From positions 42,175,734 through 42,239,733 of the forward strand of contig NC_081368.1 of NCBI RefSeq assembly GCF_030684315.1: a stretch of 64,000 bases of DNA. Direction: 5' to 3'. Positions 1 through 12,589 of this stretch are shown piece by piece. The position numbers were made by a program, and so were the translations under genes. Position 1 is the stretch's first letter. Each line of letters starts with the position of its first letter. The notes below the pieces were generated by a model. The model was not told the DNA's origin. It made no database searches and saw nothing but the letters and a program-made list of their open reading frames with translations. Source of the DNA: Stegostoma tigrinum. Its lineage: Eukaryota.

Positions 1-169
1 AACAAAAAATGTTGGAGAAATTCAGCAGGTCTGGCAACAGCTGCGAAGAGAGAGAAACATTCAACCTCCCAACTCCCTACCAAGATGTTTGTATGATGGA
101 CTGTTACCATCTTGGAAAGCATTTGAAATTCCTTCGAATTACAAGCTTAGTTACATGTTTTCCACAGTC

Positions 170-250
170 TTTATTCTTTGATACTTAATTTTGATTTCTA
201 TCCATTCTGTTTTGTGTGCCTACGAAACTATTGTTTGTTATTACTTTATT
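170..250 (-). terminator. Candidate COX11 polyadenylation signals
   Basis: AATAAA on the minus strand at 250-245 and 175-170, about 100-180 nt after the stop codon. Confidence 0.45.
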
Positions 251-352
251 CTGCGTGAATCACAAGATTGAGTATTACTGCTGCAACCATCTGATACACT
301 GTCAATCAACATAATATTCTGAATTAATTTGCTCTTCAAAAGTAATTTTTAG

Positions 353-535
353 TTAATTATATCCTGGTAAAGGTAGATTTTGACCATCCTTTGCCTCAAA
401 GAATGTGTAAGAGAGAGTGATTGTGTCCACTCGTGCCATTCCTGGATCTTCTGCAAATTCAGGGTCAATATAAAAAAAAACTGGCATGTCCACTTCTTCA
501 TGGGGATTCAGCCGTTGCTCCTCAAAACAGAAACA
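353..535 (-). CDS. COX11: COX11 last coding exon (CFCFEEQ copper-binding motif to stop)
   Basis: Translates CFCFEEQRLNPHEEVDMPVFFYIDPEF...TLSYTFFEAK...PGYN*. AG acceptor at 537-536. CFCF is the Cox11 Cu(I)-binding motif. Confidence 0.97.
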   Translation of the reverse strand, partial: CFCFEEQRLNPHEEVDMPVFFYIDPEFAEDPGMARVDTITLSYTFFEAKDGQNLPLPGYN

Positions 536-1398
536 CTGAAAGAGGCAGTGTACATGAAAGTTAGTAGATCTATTACCAGCATACATTAGATCAAACATAC
601 AGAGGAGAAAAGCGATTCTACAAACATTAGCTCCACCTCTTAAGTTCATGTCTTCATCCTCAATTAATCAATTTTAGTTCATGCTTTGGTAAGAATACCG
701 AAACAGGGAATGAATAACATCAAATATTGTGAAATAGTACCACAAATTGTCATAATGGATGCTGATTGATGAATCATCTGAAAGACAACATTTGTTTCTC
801 TCTGTACAGTTCCCTGATCAAACTAGAACTGGATCATTAAGCCTAGTTCAGAATCACAGAGATGGAAAGACTTTTGAGATCTGGAGAATATGCAAAGAAC
901 AAATACAACATTAATTTTTAGTGTCAAAGGGCCAACCTACAAGTTAGGTTTTTCAAACTCAACAGGAAGTAATTGGTCAGGGACCTAAACATGCTAAAAT
1001 AAGAGGTAAATCCATATATTTACATCAAACTAAATCAGAGGGAGAAAAATGACAAGTTTAAATGAGGGTAAAAAAACTCTGAACTAATTTCAAGAAGCTA
1101 GTCTTCAAATGAGCTGTGGGTAATTTGTAGAAAATACTTCCAGGTCTGGTGGTCGCAGGAACAAAATGAATATTATTCACAAACATTAGATACTGCACTT
1201 TGGAAACGTAAGCCATAGTGGGAAAGGTCATAGTTTCTCCATCGAAAGGGTGAATGGCCTTCCTCATCCCAACTTTCTGATAAATTACAACAACGTATTC
1301 AAATTCTAAAACTGAGCAGAGCTACCTGTAATAAAAGCTAATAAAGTGTGAAGCTGGATGAACACAGCAGGCCAAGCAGCATCTCAGGAGCACAAAAG

Positions 1399-1430
1399 CT
1401 GACGTTTCGGGCCTAGACCCTTCATCAGAG
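1399..1430 (-). ncRNA. Minimal hammerhead ribozyme motif, core intact
   Basis: Minus strand reads ct-CTGATGA-a-GGGTC-ta-GGCCC-GAAAC-GTC-ag. Core boxes and stem II are present; stem III is reduced to self-complementary ACGT. Confidence 0.75.
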
Positions 1431-2964
1431 AGGGGGATGGGGTGAGGGTTCTGGAATAAATAGGGAGAGAGGGGGAGGCGGACCGAAGATGGAGAAGAAG
1501 AAGATAGGTGGAGAGGAGAGTATAGGTGGGGAGGTAGGGAGGGGATAGGTCAGTCCAGGGAAGACGGGCAGGTCAAGGAGGTGGGATGAGGTTAGTAGGT
1601 AGGAAATGGAGGTGTGGCTTGGGGTGGGAGGAAGGGTTGGGTGGGCGGAAGAACAGGTTAGGGGGGCAGTGACAGGTTGGGCTGGTTTTGGGATGCAGGG
1701 GGGGAGGGGAAGAGCAGTGCTGGTTGTGTGCTGCAGTGGGGAGAGGGGATGAACTGGGCTGGTTTTGGGATGCGGTGGGGGAAGGGAAGATTTTGAAGCT
1801 GGTGAAGTCCACATTGATACCATTGGGCTGCAGGGTTCCCAAGTGGAATATGAGTTGCTGTTCCTGCAACCGTCGGGTGGCATCATTGTGGCACTGCAGG
1901 AGGCCCATGATGGACATGTCATCGAAAGAATGGGAGGGGGAGTGGAAATGGTTTGTGACTGGGAGGTGCAGTTGTTTATTGTGAACCGAGTGGAGATGTT
2001 CTGCAAAGCGGTCCCCAAGCCTCTGCTTGGTTTCCCCAATGTAGAGAAAGCCACACCGGGTACAATGGATACAATATACCACATTGGCAGATGTGCAGGT
2101 GAACATCTGCTTAATATGGAAAGTCATCTTGGGGCCTGGGATAGGGGTGCGGGAGGAGGTGTGGGGGCAAGTGTAGCATTTCCTGCGGTTGCAGGGGAAG
2201 GTGCCGGGTGTGGTGGGGTTGGAGGGCAGTGTGGAGCGAACAAGGGAGTCACGGAGAGAGTGGGACAAGGGTGGGGATGGAACCCAGGAAACCGCAGGAA
2301 ATGATACACTTGCCCCCAGACCTCCTCCCTCACCCCTATCCCAGGCCCCAAGATGACCTTCCATATTAAGCAGAGGTTCACCTGCACAGTGGTATACTGT
2401 ATCCATTGTACCTGGTGTGGCTTCCTCTACATTGGGGAAACCAAGCAGAGGCTTGGGGACCGCTTTGCAGAACACCTCTGCTCGGTTCGCAATAAACAAC
2501 TGCACCTCCCAGTCGCGAACCATTTCAACGCCCCCTCCCATTCCTCAGACGACATGTCCATCATGGGCCTCCTGCAGTGCCACAATGATGCCACCCGACG
2601 GTTGCAGGAATAGCAACTCATATTCTGCTTGGGAACCCTGCAGCCCAATGGTATCAATGTGGACTTCACAAGCTTCAAAATCTCCCCTTCCCCCACTGCA
2701 TCCCAAAACCAGCCCAGCCTGTTTCTGCCTCCCTAACCTGTTCCTCCTCACACCCATCCCTTCCTCCCATCCCAAGCCGCACCTCCATTTCCTACCTACT
2801 AACCTCATCCCACCTCCTTGACCTGTCCGTCTTCCCTGGACTGACCTATCCCCTCCCTACTTCCCCACCTCTACTCTCCTCTCCACCTATCTTCTTTTCT
2901 CTCCATCTTCGGTCCGCCTCCCCCTCTCTCCCTATTTATTCCAGAACCCTCACCCCATCCCCCT

Positions 2965-2996
2965 CTCTGATGAAGGGTCTAGGCCCAAAACGTCAG
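2965..2996 (+). ncRNA. Minimal hammerhead motif, core mutated (GAAA to AAAA)
   Basis: CTGATGA-a-GGGTCTAGGCCC-AAAACGTC-ag. Confidence 0.55.
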
Positions 2997-3776
2997 CTTT
3001 CGTGCTCCTGAGATGCTGCTGGGCCTGCTGTGTTCATCCAGCCTCACATTTTATTATCTTGGATTCTCCAGCATCTGCAGTTCCCATTATCACTGCTGAA
3101 CTACCATGCTGGGTATCCTCACTTTTTGCTTACTTCCATGATGTCAGTGAGTGGGAGGAATCCTTGTGCTTAGGATGACTCAAGCGATTGCAATGGGCAT
3201 AGTAAATGCAGACTGAATAGATGCAGACCCAGCACCACTTGGCCCTGAAGAAAATGTTGTCCCAATTAGATTTGCAAAATGGCTAACTAGCAGCCTTGTT
3301 GTACAGGGTCAGATAGTTGCAGACTTGCTCTCAGGCTGAACCAAAGCTGTAGCTACTTTTGAAGTTAACTAATGTAAATGTACTCAACAAGTCAAACAGT
3401 TTACTTTGAATAAGCGTTCCACAGACTTTATGACACCATATCTTGTTGAAACTAACTGACCAAACTGTAATTCTAGGTCTGAGGATTTAAGGCAAGAGCT
3501 TCAACAAAATCCATAAAGAACAAAAACTATTTGCATTTCTCCAGTGTCTTCAATATTAAACACTGTTCTGAGGCAAATATTTCCAGGAGTTGCTTGTGTC
3601 AGTATTTGCACAGGGTCTTTGAGTTTGCAGCAACTAAATCCACACAGTGACATAATTAGTACTGCCTTAGGAAAATAAAAAATGCATTTGTAATCACAGT
3701 AGTTAAAATCTGAAGGTTACCTGAAAGAGTTTAAAAAGTCTTTTACTTCAAGCATGTGACTAATTTTTTTCCATAC

Positions 3777-3902
3777 CTGTATTTTATTGAAATACTGTCC
3801 TGCATCGAATGGTACTACATTGTAAGTAGAAATTCCAATGACTGGTTTGTCAGTAGGATTTTTTGCTTTATAGAATGCCAAAGCTGTTTCTCCAGGAACA
3901 AC
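3777..3902 (-). CDS. COX11: COX11 coding exon 3
   Basis: VVPGETALAFYKAKNPTDKPVIGISTYNVVPFDAGQYFNKIQ. 126 bp, AG/GT boundaries, phase 0 at both ends. Confidence 0.97.
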
Positions 3903-4389
3903 CTGGAATGAGTTTAAAACAAAGGTAACGTTCTTACTTAACATAACTTGCTTACTCCTTAGTACTATTGCACCAGCATTAATAATAAGAAATCATAACA
4001 TAACAGCCATTAAATAGAGTTATGGGCCATATTATATAACAATGCTATCTCGACAACATAACAGGAATTTAAACATTTCTCTTTGTATTTCACAAACTGT
4101 GGCAAAAGACAGTGTGTAAAACATTTGCACAAGATCCCTGTATGCCCATGGATCTATGAATGGATTTAAGAGTCTCTCAATTTGTTGATCTTATGTCAAT
4201 GACATCAAAATGTCTAGGCCTGGTCTTTTTCTTAGATGTAATTTATATTGCTTCTTAAATACCAGAACATGGCATGTAAACACACATTCATGATTCCCGT
4301 ATTAATTCCCATTAACAGTGATTTATTCATAATTAAATATCATCCATTTTACCAATGAATCATGGTGAAGCAAAGAAATATGGCAATGC

Positions 4390-5020
4390 TGTGAAGAGAA
4401 CTTAAGGAGGTTGCAAATGCATATAAATAGGCAAAATATGGGAAAATATGAAGTTGTTAACTTTGATAGAAAGAACAATTACTTTAGAATTTTGAGGTGC
4501 AGAGAAATCTAGGTGTTCTAGTACTGGAATCTCAAAAGGCTACAATACAGGTAGACAGGTAATTAAAAATGCTAATGAAATATGAATCTTCATTATGATC
4601 CCAATTGAACATCAAGGAAAGGATATTATATAGGGCATTGGTAAAACCAGATTTCGAATGATGTATGAAGTTTTAGTCTTACAGTTTAAGGAAACATGTA
4701 AATTGGACCACTGGAAGCAACTTAGAGGAGGTTTAAGAGATTGATCCTTGAAGCAACTGGGTTGACTTACAAAAAAAAGGTTGAACATACTGGTTTTGCG
4801 CCCACTGAAGTTTAGATGACTAGGGGTTCATTGGAATTTGATTCAAGTAAGAAAAATCTTGGGTGGTCTTGGCAAGGTGAAAGGATGTTTTATCTGTGGG
4901 TTAGTCCAGAACTAAGGTTCGCTGCTTAAAAATCGGTGGTTGCTCTTTTAGGATAAAGATGAGGAACATTCCTTTTTCTCTCAGAGGGCTGTGAAACTTG
5001 ATCTTTCTGCTCAGAGGCAC
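4390..5020 (+). mobile_element. Heavily decayed CR1 fragment
   Basis: Recognisable remnants of CR1 ORF2 C-terminal codons (gaagttgttaactttg, agggcattggtaaaacc, ttctctcagagggctgtg). Confidence 0.55.
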
Positions 5021-5860
5021 TGTAAGAAACCACATACATTTCCTTTTTGAACTATAAACAGAAATGGAAGTTGGAGACTGCTACATAACCAAAATGCCAA
5101 GAAAGTTTTGCAACTTGAAAAATCAAGTGGTGCACATTGTTAGCTGTAAAAGACTATGTTGATTTTGGAACAATAAGATTGTTATATCATTAAGGTAGAA
5201 CAGCACCATGAGTTTCTGAGTTAAGGAGAAAATTTGTTGAACTGCAGTTTGCTATAGATCTGAGAGAACAGTACAGTCAGAAAAATCCAGAACATGCAAA
5301 TGCAAAATGCTTCTCTCCTTTTTCTGTTAGTGAAAAGACAAAAGAAAATTTGAAGAAATAATTCTAATGCAAGACGAGACCTAGGCCCATCTGATCAATC
5401 ATTGAATTGAAAAACCACCACTGGTCTTTAGACAAATACAAATCTTCATTGCTATAATCCAAGGAATTGAGAAACAATTTATCTACCTCGTAGTTTAGAA
5501 TCTGAGCTCCAGAAAATGTTTTCCTGTCCATATTTTTTGACCCATAATACTTACCTTAAATCCTTTTGATTTTGCCTTTTGTCTATTTTGTTTGTGAATG
5601 TATGTTTTGCAGTTTAAAGTAGTACATTTTAAACTGCATAATTGAAGCCTAGTAATCCTCTCCTTTTCCCTGTTATTTATTAAACATTAGGTTTATTTAG
5701 AATAAATAGATATTTGTCTGTAAATTACGAAGCCTGTTGAAAATTATTTTTGTCCTGAGTAGTGGTCAGTCAGGAAAATTTGTCATCATCGAACTTATTT
5801 GGTGTCACTGCTTGGACTACAAACTCACACCTATAAAGAACTCTACCTGTTTTAACTCAC

Positions 5861-6016
5861 ATAGATTTCAGTTTGCTGAGGTCTGAAATTCCACTGCAGA
5901 CTGGCATGGACATCTGCATTGAAAGTGACTTTAATGATTCGATCCTTCACGGGTTCCATGGTTTCTACTTGATCCACATTGTGACCAGCTACTGCAGCCC
6001 CTCCCAGTCCTGTAGC
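5861..6016 (-). CDS. COX11: COX11 coding exon 2
   Basis: ATGLGGAAVAGH...IKVTFNADVHASLQWNFRPQQTEIY. 156 bp, AG acceptor and GTGAGT donor. Confidence 0.97.
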
Positions 6017-7071
6017 CTGAAAGTAGATAACCAATATATATATTTGGCAGGATAATGGTTCTTAAAGTTTGGAAATTCTGATATTTAAAATTTTATGTAA
6101 CACAGTTGACCAAACCCTGATGGCTGACCTGCCAAGATGGTTTCTGAAACTAGCAATTTTTTTGCTTTGGCACATAATATGAAAATACATCACAAATATA
6201 TGCATTTCTGACCATTGCAACCCGAAAAACCACGTTGCCTCACTCGTGTGTTACCTGTTCCAATTATTTACCCTTTACCACACCACCCTCACAAAGATTA
6301 TTTTTAACAAAAAAAATTAATTGTGATTTTCTATCACAAATTCCATGCTAACTTTTATTTTAAACACCTAGAAATGAAATTAAACGTAACAATAGATCCA
6401 ACAGTTATGCTGTTAGCAAGAACTGTAATGGGACTCCTTTATAACATCAAATAATATCACTGCTCCACTCAGTTCCTCCATCTTTATGTTGTTATATTTA
6501 TGAGTGTAATATAGGTCCAAAAAGTACCAAGCACTGCATTCCAATTTTATTTTTGATTTATTATTCTAGACTGCAGTTCCTACTAGAAGCTTACTTTAAT
6601 TAGAATTTTGGATTCTGAACTCTTATAAAAGATCAACATATTAAATAATTTGCATTTCATTATTCCTCACAAGTACCGATACTGAACTCGCATGAAGCAG
6701 GCCATTTCGTTTATCATTTTAACAAAAGACATACATCAATGCAACAAATTGCATCAGCACAATATCTAACGATGCAGCACACAATAAATTAGTTCAGGAA
6801 TACTGTTCTTTTGGGAGGTAAGCACAACAACCACTCTACCTCATGATTAGTGACGAGAAATAAATAATTGATGTTAGCTGAAGAAAAATGATGGTCACAT
6901 TTCCAGAAGAAAAGCTGTCTTGGAATCTGATTAGGTAGAAATGATTTTTGTTTGTCATAACTCTGCAACAATTCACTCTTCCAGGAATTTTTTACCTTTT
7001 AATTTTTACTCTTTCTATTTGGGAACGAAGTGTAGCTAACTAGGTCTCTAACAAAACAAAATAGATGCAAC

Positions 7072-7410
7072 TGCATGGCTCAGTGGTTAGCACTGTTGCC
7101 TCACAGCACTAGGAACCCAGGTTCAATTCCAGCCTTGGGCAACAAGCTAGGCGGAGTTTGTACATTCACCCTGTGCCTACATGAATTCCTCTGGTTTTCC
7201 CTCACAGACCAAACCCGCACAGGTTAGGTGGATTGGCCGTACTAAATTGCCCATAGTGTCCAAGGATGTGCAGTTATAGGTGGATTGGTAATGGGAAAAG
7301 CAGGCTTACAGGGTTAGGATAAGAGGTTAGCTTTGGATGGGATGCTCATTAGAGGATCGGTGTGGACTCAACAGGCTAAATGGCTAATTCCACACTGGAA
7401 GGTTTCTATA
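7072..7410 (+). mobile_element. tRNA-derived SINE (HE1/V-SINE-like)
   Basis: A box TGGCTCAGTGG, B box GGTTCAATTCC, central ggagtttgtacattc domain, LINE-like tail. Confidence 0.8.
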
Positions 7411-8202
7411 CTCTCTCCGTGTGAACTCTGTAAATGATCAACACTGCATTTGGCACTTTATACTGTGGTAGAATAATTTCTGCTAGTTCTCGTGAAGCTC
7501 AGATTTGAGACCTGGCATATGTCATCCCTCAATTACATACAGCGTTTAATTTATTTGGGGTGAGGCAGGGAATTGCTCACGTGCCTGTATTTGTATCATA
7601 AGAGATTTTGCACGAGAACATAAGAACTAGGAGCAGGAGGGAATTCAGCCCCTCAAATCTCATATGATCATGTCTGATTTCATCTCAGCCTCAACTCCAC
7701 TTTCCTGCCCACTCTCCAAGACCCTTTGACCAATTACTAATGAAAAATCTGTCTAAGTGCTCCTTAAATTTATTCAGTAGTCCAGCATTCACCACACTCT
7801 GGGGTGGGAATTCCAAAGATTCATCCATTGAGAGAAGTAATTATTCCTCATGTCCGTTTTAAATCTGCCATCCCTTACCCAAAAACTATGACCTCCCTTT
7901 CCAGTTTGGAAATATCGGCTCTATGTCTACTTTATTAGTGCCCTTTGTTACTTTGGAAAAGTGAGGTGTACCTCAATCAGATGTCACTTTTCCAAACTCC
8001 AATGACCAGAGGTCTGAGCTGCTCAACATTTCTTAATAAGGCAGGCTCTGGAATTCATCCAGCAAATTTTTCTATACTAACAAGAATCTCACCACTTAGG
8101 GGATTTGCAACAGTCGTTCAAGAGCAGTGTCTATTATCAGTACAGGGGCTTGGACGTGACCAGTTAGCTGCTTAGCTATTTTAATTTAAAAACAATACAT
8201 GG

Positions 8203-11200
8203 GGAGGTGATGGCTTAGTACTATTATGGCTAAGCTATTTTCCAGAAATACAGCTAAACTCCTGGAGAGATCTTCCATTTGAATTCCACCATGGCCAGAT
8301 GGTGAAATTCTTCAGCACAAAATATCTGGAATTAGGGATCTACTGATGACCATTAACAATTGTCTATTGTCAAAAAAACCCTCTGATTCACGAAACGTCC
8401 TCATGAAGCAAATCTGTCATCCTCACTTGGTCTGGCCTACATGCGATTCCAGACCCACAACGATGTGATTGACTCTCAAATGCCCACTGAAATGATCCAC
8501 CAAGCTACCCAGCTCTATCAATCACTATAAAATCTCAACAAATAAATTAAACTGGAGGGACCACTTGGAATTGGCCTAGACACAGAAAAGACAATCGCAG
8601 AAACACCCCAATTAAATCTGTCAAGTTCTCCTAATGACTAAGGCTAGTGTCAAATTGGGAGAGTTGTCTCTCAGACTGGTCAAGCAACATAACAGTCTGT
8701 TTCCGTGACTCTTCAGTCTAATTCGTCCATGCCGACCAGATATTTTCAATTAATCTAATTCCATTTGCCAGCATTTGGCTCATATCCCTCTAATCCCTAT
8801 TGAAGTACCCATCCGGATGCCTTTTAAATCTTGTAATTGTACCAGCCTCCACCACTTCCTCTGGCAACTCGCTCCAGACAGACACGACTCTCTGTGTGAA
8901 AAAGCTGCCCCTTAGGTCCCTTTTAAATCTTTCCCCTTTCACCTTAAACCTATGCCCTTTAGTTGTGAAAAACTCTAACCTGGCAGTAAGACCTTGGCTA
9001 TTCATCCTATCCATGCCCCTCATGATTTTATAAACCTCTATAAACCCCTCAGCCTCCGAAGCTCGAGGAAAAATAGCCCCAGCCTATTCAGCCTCTTCCT
9101 GTAGCTCAAACGCTCCAGCCCAGCATCATCCTTGTAAGTACTTTCTGCATTCTTTCAAGTTTAACATCTAATTTCCCTGCTGTAGATAAAAATTGAATGC
9201 AGAATTCCAAAATTGACCTATCCAATGTGCTGTGCAACCGCAACATGGCATTCCAATTCCTACACTCAATGCATTGGCCAAGAAAGGCAAGGGTACCAAA
9301 GGCCTTCTATACTACTCTGTTGATCTGTGATGGCACTTTCGTGGAATTATGAACCTGCAACCCAAGGTCTCTATTCGGCAACACTCCCCAGGACCCTACC
9401 ATTTAAGTCCTGCCCTGATGTGCCTAAACAAATTGCAGCACTTCACATTTATCTAAATTAAACTCCATCAACCACTCCTCCGATCAAGGTCACGTTGCAC
9501 TACACCACCAATTTTGGTGTCACAGCAAACTTGCTAACCATACCACTTATATTCACATCCAAATCATTCATATAAATGGCAAAAAGCAGTGGAGCCAGCA
9601 CCAAACCTTGCGGCATATTGCTGGTCACAGGCCTCCAGTCCGACCAACAGCACTCCACCAACATCCTGTCTTCTACCTTCAGGCCAATTTTGTATCCAAA
9701 TGGCTAGTTCTCCCTGGATTCCATGCGATCTAACCTTGCTAATCAGTCTACCATGTGGAACCTTATAGAATGCCTTGTTGAAGTCCATATAGACAAGTCC
9801 ACTGATCTGCCTTCATCAATCCTCTTTGTCACTTTCTCAAAAAAGAAATCACTCAAGTTACCCATGGAATCATGCCTTAAAGACAATTTCCCAAACACCA
9901 CCATCACCATCCCTGGATATTTTCTGTCCTACCGGCAGTGCAGGGCCAGTAGAGGTGGAGGCACAGTGGTATACAGTTGGGAGAGATTTGCCCTGGAGTC
10001 CTCAACATTGACTCCGGACCTACGAAGTCGCATGGGCAAGGAAATCCCTTGCTGATTATGACGTACTGTCCTACCTCAACTGATAACTCTGTACTCATCC
10101 ATGTTGAATAACACTTGGAAGAGGCAATGAAGGTGGCAAGGGTGCAAAACATGCTGTAGGTAAGAGATTTCAGTGTCCACCACCAACACTAGCTGAACAA
10201 CAGGCCTGCTAATTGAGTTGGTTAAGTCCTAAAGGACACAGCTATTACAGTGGTTCCGTCACTGCCCACCACGGACTCAACAAGAGGGAAAAACATACTT
10301 GGCCTCAAGCTTACCAATCTGTCCATGGCAGTATCGACAAGAGTGGCAACTGTACAGTCCTTGTGGAGCTGAAGTCCTGTCTTCACATTGAGAATACTCT
10401 CTATTGTGTTGTGTCACACCATCACTGTTTAGTTCAACACATTTTGAAACATCAAATGGATCTAGCAACTCACAACTTGGCATCCATGGAGATGCTGTGG
10501 GTCATCAATAGCAGCAGAATCCAGCACAATTTGCAATCCCATGGCCTGGGAAATTCCCCACTAATTCCCCATTACCATCAGGTAAAGCGATCAACATTGC
10601 TTCAAATGGAGAGTACAGGAGCACATGCCAGGTGCAGCACCAGGCATACCTAAAAATGAGGCATCAACTAAGTGAAGCTACCAAACAGGACCACTTGCAT
10701 GTCAAACAACATAAACAGCAAGCAATAACAGCTAAGTGATCCCTAACCAATGAATCAGATCTAAGCTCTGTAGTCCTGCCACATCCAGTTGGGAATGCTG
10801 ATGGACATTGAAACAACTCACTGGACAACTGGAAGTACTCAATACATCAAAGGATGTGGGCCCTGACAATATTCCAGCAAAAGTATTGAAGAGTTACCAC
10901 TGACCAGAAACTGGACTTGCCAGATAAACAGTGACTACAAGAGAAGGTCAGAGCCGCGGAATACTGCAGTGAGTAACTCACCTCCTGACTCCCTAAAGCC
11001 TGTCCACTATCTACAAGGCATAAGACAGGATGGAATACTCTCCACTTGCTTGGATGGATGCAGATCCAATAACGCTTAAGAAGCTTGACAACATCCAGGG
11101 CAAAGCAGACTGTTTGACTGGCACCACAAAGACAAGCATCCGTTCTGTCCAATACCGATGCTCAGTAACAGTTAGCAGCATGTACTGTTTGCAAAATGCA

Positions 11201-11515
11201 CTGCAGAAATTCACCAAAGATCCTTGAAAAGCAGCTTTCAAACTCAAAACCATTACCTCCTAGAAGGACAAGGGCAGCAGACACAAGTTCAAAGTCACTC
11301 AACCATCCTGACTTGGAAATATATCATCATTCAGTCACTGCCGCTGGTCAAAATCCTGGAATTCCATCCCTAAGGATATTGTGGTCAACCTATAGCAGGT
11401 GGATTGTAGTAGTTCAAGAAGGCAGTTCATCACCACCTCCTCAATGACAACTAGGGATAGGTAGTAAATTCTAGTCAGCCAGCAGAACCCATGTCTCATG
11501 AGTGAATTAAATTTA
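8203..11515 (+). mobile_element. Decayed CR1/L2-group LINE with a tRNA-like head, split by a CR1 insertion
   Basis: APE endonuclease remnants (TITIPGY...RGGGTVVY; gatttcagtgtccaccac, a DFNVHH-like motif), RT C-terminal MEYSPLAWM, and a 3' tail ending at ~11515. Interrupted at ~8700-9843. Confidence 0.7.
8700..9843 (-). mobile_element. CR1 LINE fragment
   Basis: MDFNKAFYKVPHGRL and GHRFKVKGERFKRDLRGSFFTQRVVSVWSELPEEVV. Confidence 0.85.
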
Positions 11516-11657
11516 AAGAAAAACAACTTTGCGGTGTGAAAAACAAGTAATTTGCACTTTACATTTGGCTTGTTTAAACAGATTTCTTTTTACATTTGTT
11601 AATGTCTGCTTATTCCGGGAACTTGGGCATTAGGGTCAAACAGAAGATTATACTGAC

Positions 11658-11972
11658 CTGACAATAAAGTCTGTAGAGAGGTACAGCCGCATATGACATG
11701 CCAATCATTCCAACTGCTGTTGCTGCTATATACGTGAGTACGGTTTTATTCTTCTTCTTCCATGCTTCCTCCTGGCTCCGAGTGAAGGGATTATGGTTCT
11801 TGATACCATGCACCGGCTGTTTCAAAGTCAGATAACTTGGCCTCCAAGGAGTATACCGAATAAATACTGAATACAGTCTTTGTGAGTTAGACTGTTGTAG
11901 TCTTCGTGCACAGATATGACAAGAAGACATGACATACAATCTTGAGATTCTTGTCCAACAGAACAAAGTCAT
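11658..11972 (-). CDS. COX11: COX11 first coding exon (presequence-like N-terminus and TM helix)
   Basis: ATG at 11972. Arg/Ser-rich N-terminus, then KNKTVLTYIAATAVGMIGMSYAAVPLYRLYCQ, then a GTCAGT donor. The four exons join to 259 aa. An upstream AG acceptor (ttttgatttccag, 12058-12057) suggests a further non-coding first exon. Confidence 0.93.
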
Positions 11973-12589
11973 GCTGATTATTAGTCAGATTGCTGTGTTA
12001 ATGTGTAATCTTTACTTCTTTAGTGTAAATGGCAAATAGCAGTCTTCCTGCAATATCTGGAAATCAAAACCAAACTGTTATCACATTTCCCTTTATTAGT
12101 GAACACATCACACATGAATCATAGCCTACAGTAAGGGATTATGTTCTTTTAGGGCCCAAAAATTTGTTCAATGTGGCATGCGTTAAGTTGGATGAAATGT
12201 TTTCCCCTAAAACAAACCTTATGAATTGAAACCGTAAGGCGATAATATTGGGTATTGCATAAATCTACAAATTATTTGTGCAAGGTTAATAAAATCTTAG
12301 AATGAGTTAAACAAATGCATAGAAAAAAGAAAGGAATTTAGATGAATGTTTAGATCTAAGTTGTGAGAAATATTAACTCTGCTTTTTACCAACAGATGCT
12401 GGCAGCCTGCTGAGTTTCTACAGCAATTTATGCTATTGGTACTTGCTTATACATCTGTTTTGTTAACATCAGAATACCGCAAAACACTTTACAGCTAACA
12501 TAATCATAATAAAGTCTAGGCACTTTTGCTGGGTAGAAAAACCCCACAACCATTCTGTACGTAGCATGCTCCGTAAAGTATAAACAATT

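Larger units (their letters stand above)
1341..3095. mobile_element. Penelope-like element (Neptune-like), two 3' portions in inverted arrangement
   Basis: GIY-YIG endonuclease VVYCIHCTRCGFLYIGETKQRLGDRFAEH, preceded by the Cys-rich linker CNRRKCYTC, on the minus strand (ORF 1573-2541). A mirror copy on the plus strand (2353-2613) has a 9-bp deletion and a premature TAG. The arms are ~1341-2190 and ~2290-3055. Confidence 0.9.

Noticed and set aside
1425-2821. Several long overlapping Pro/Ser/Gly-rich ORFs
   Set aside because: Alternate-frame and antisense read-through of the GC-skewed PLE arms. Only the GIY-YIG frame has recognisable homology.
5022-5820. TG...CA-bounded segment with AATAAA, resembling a solo LTR
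   Set aside because: No matching target-site duplication and no second copy in the window.
7072-7140. tRNA gene-like A and B boxes (also at 52129)
   Set aside because: They continue into SINE body and tail, with no complete cloverleaf or terminator, so they are SINE heads.
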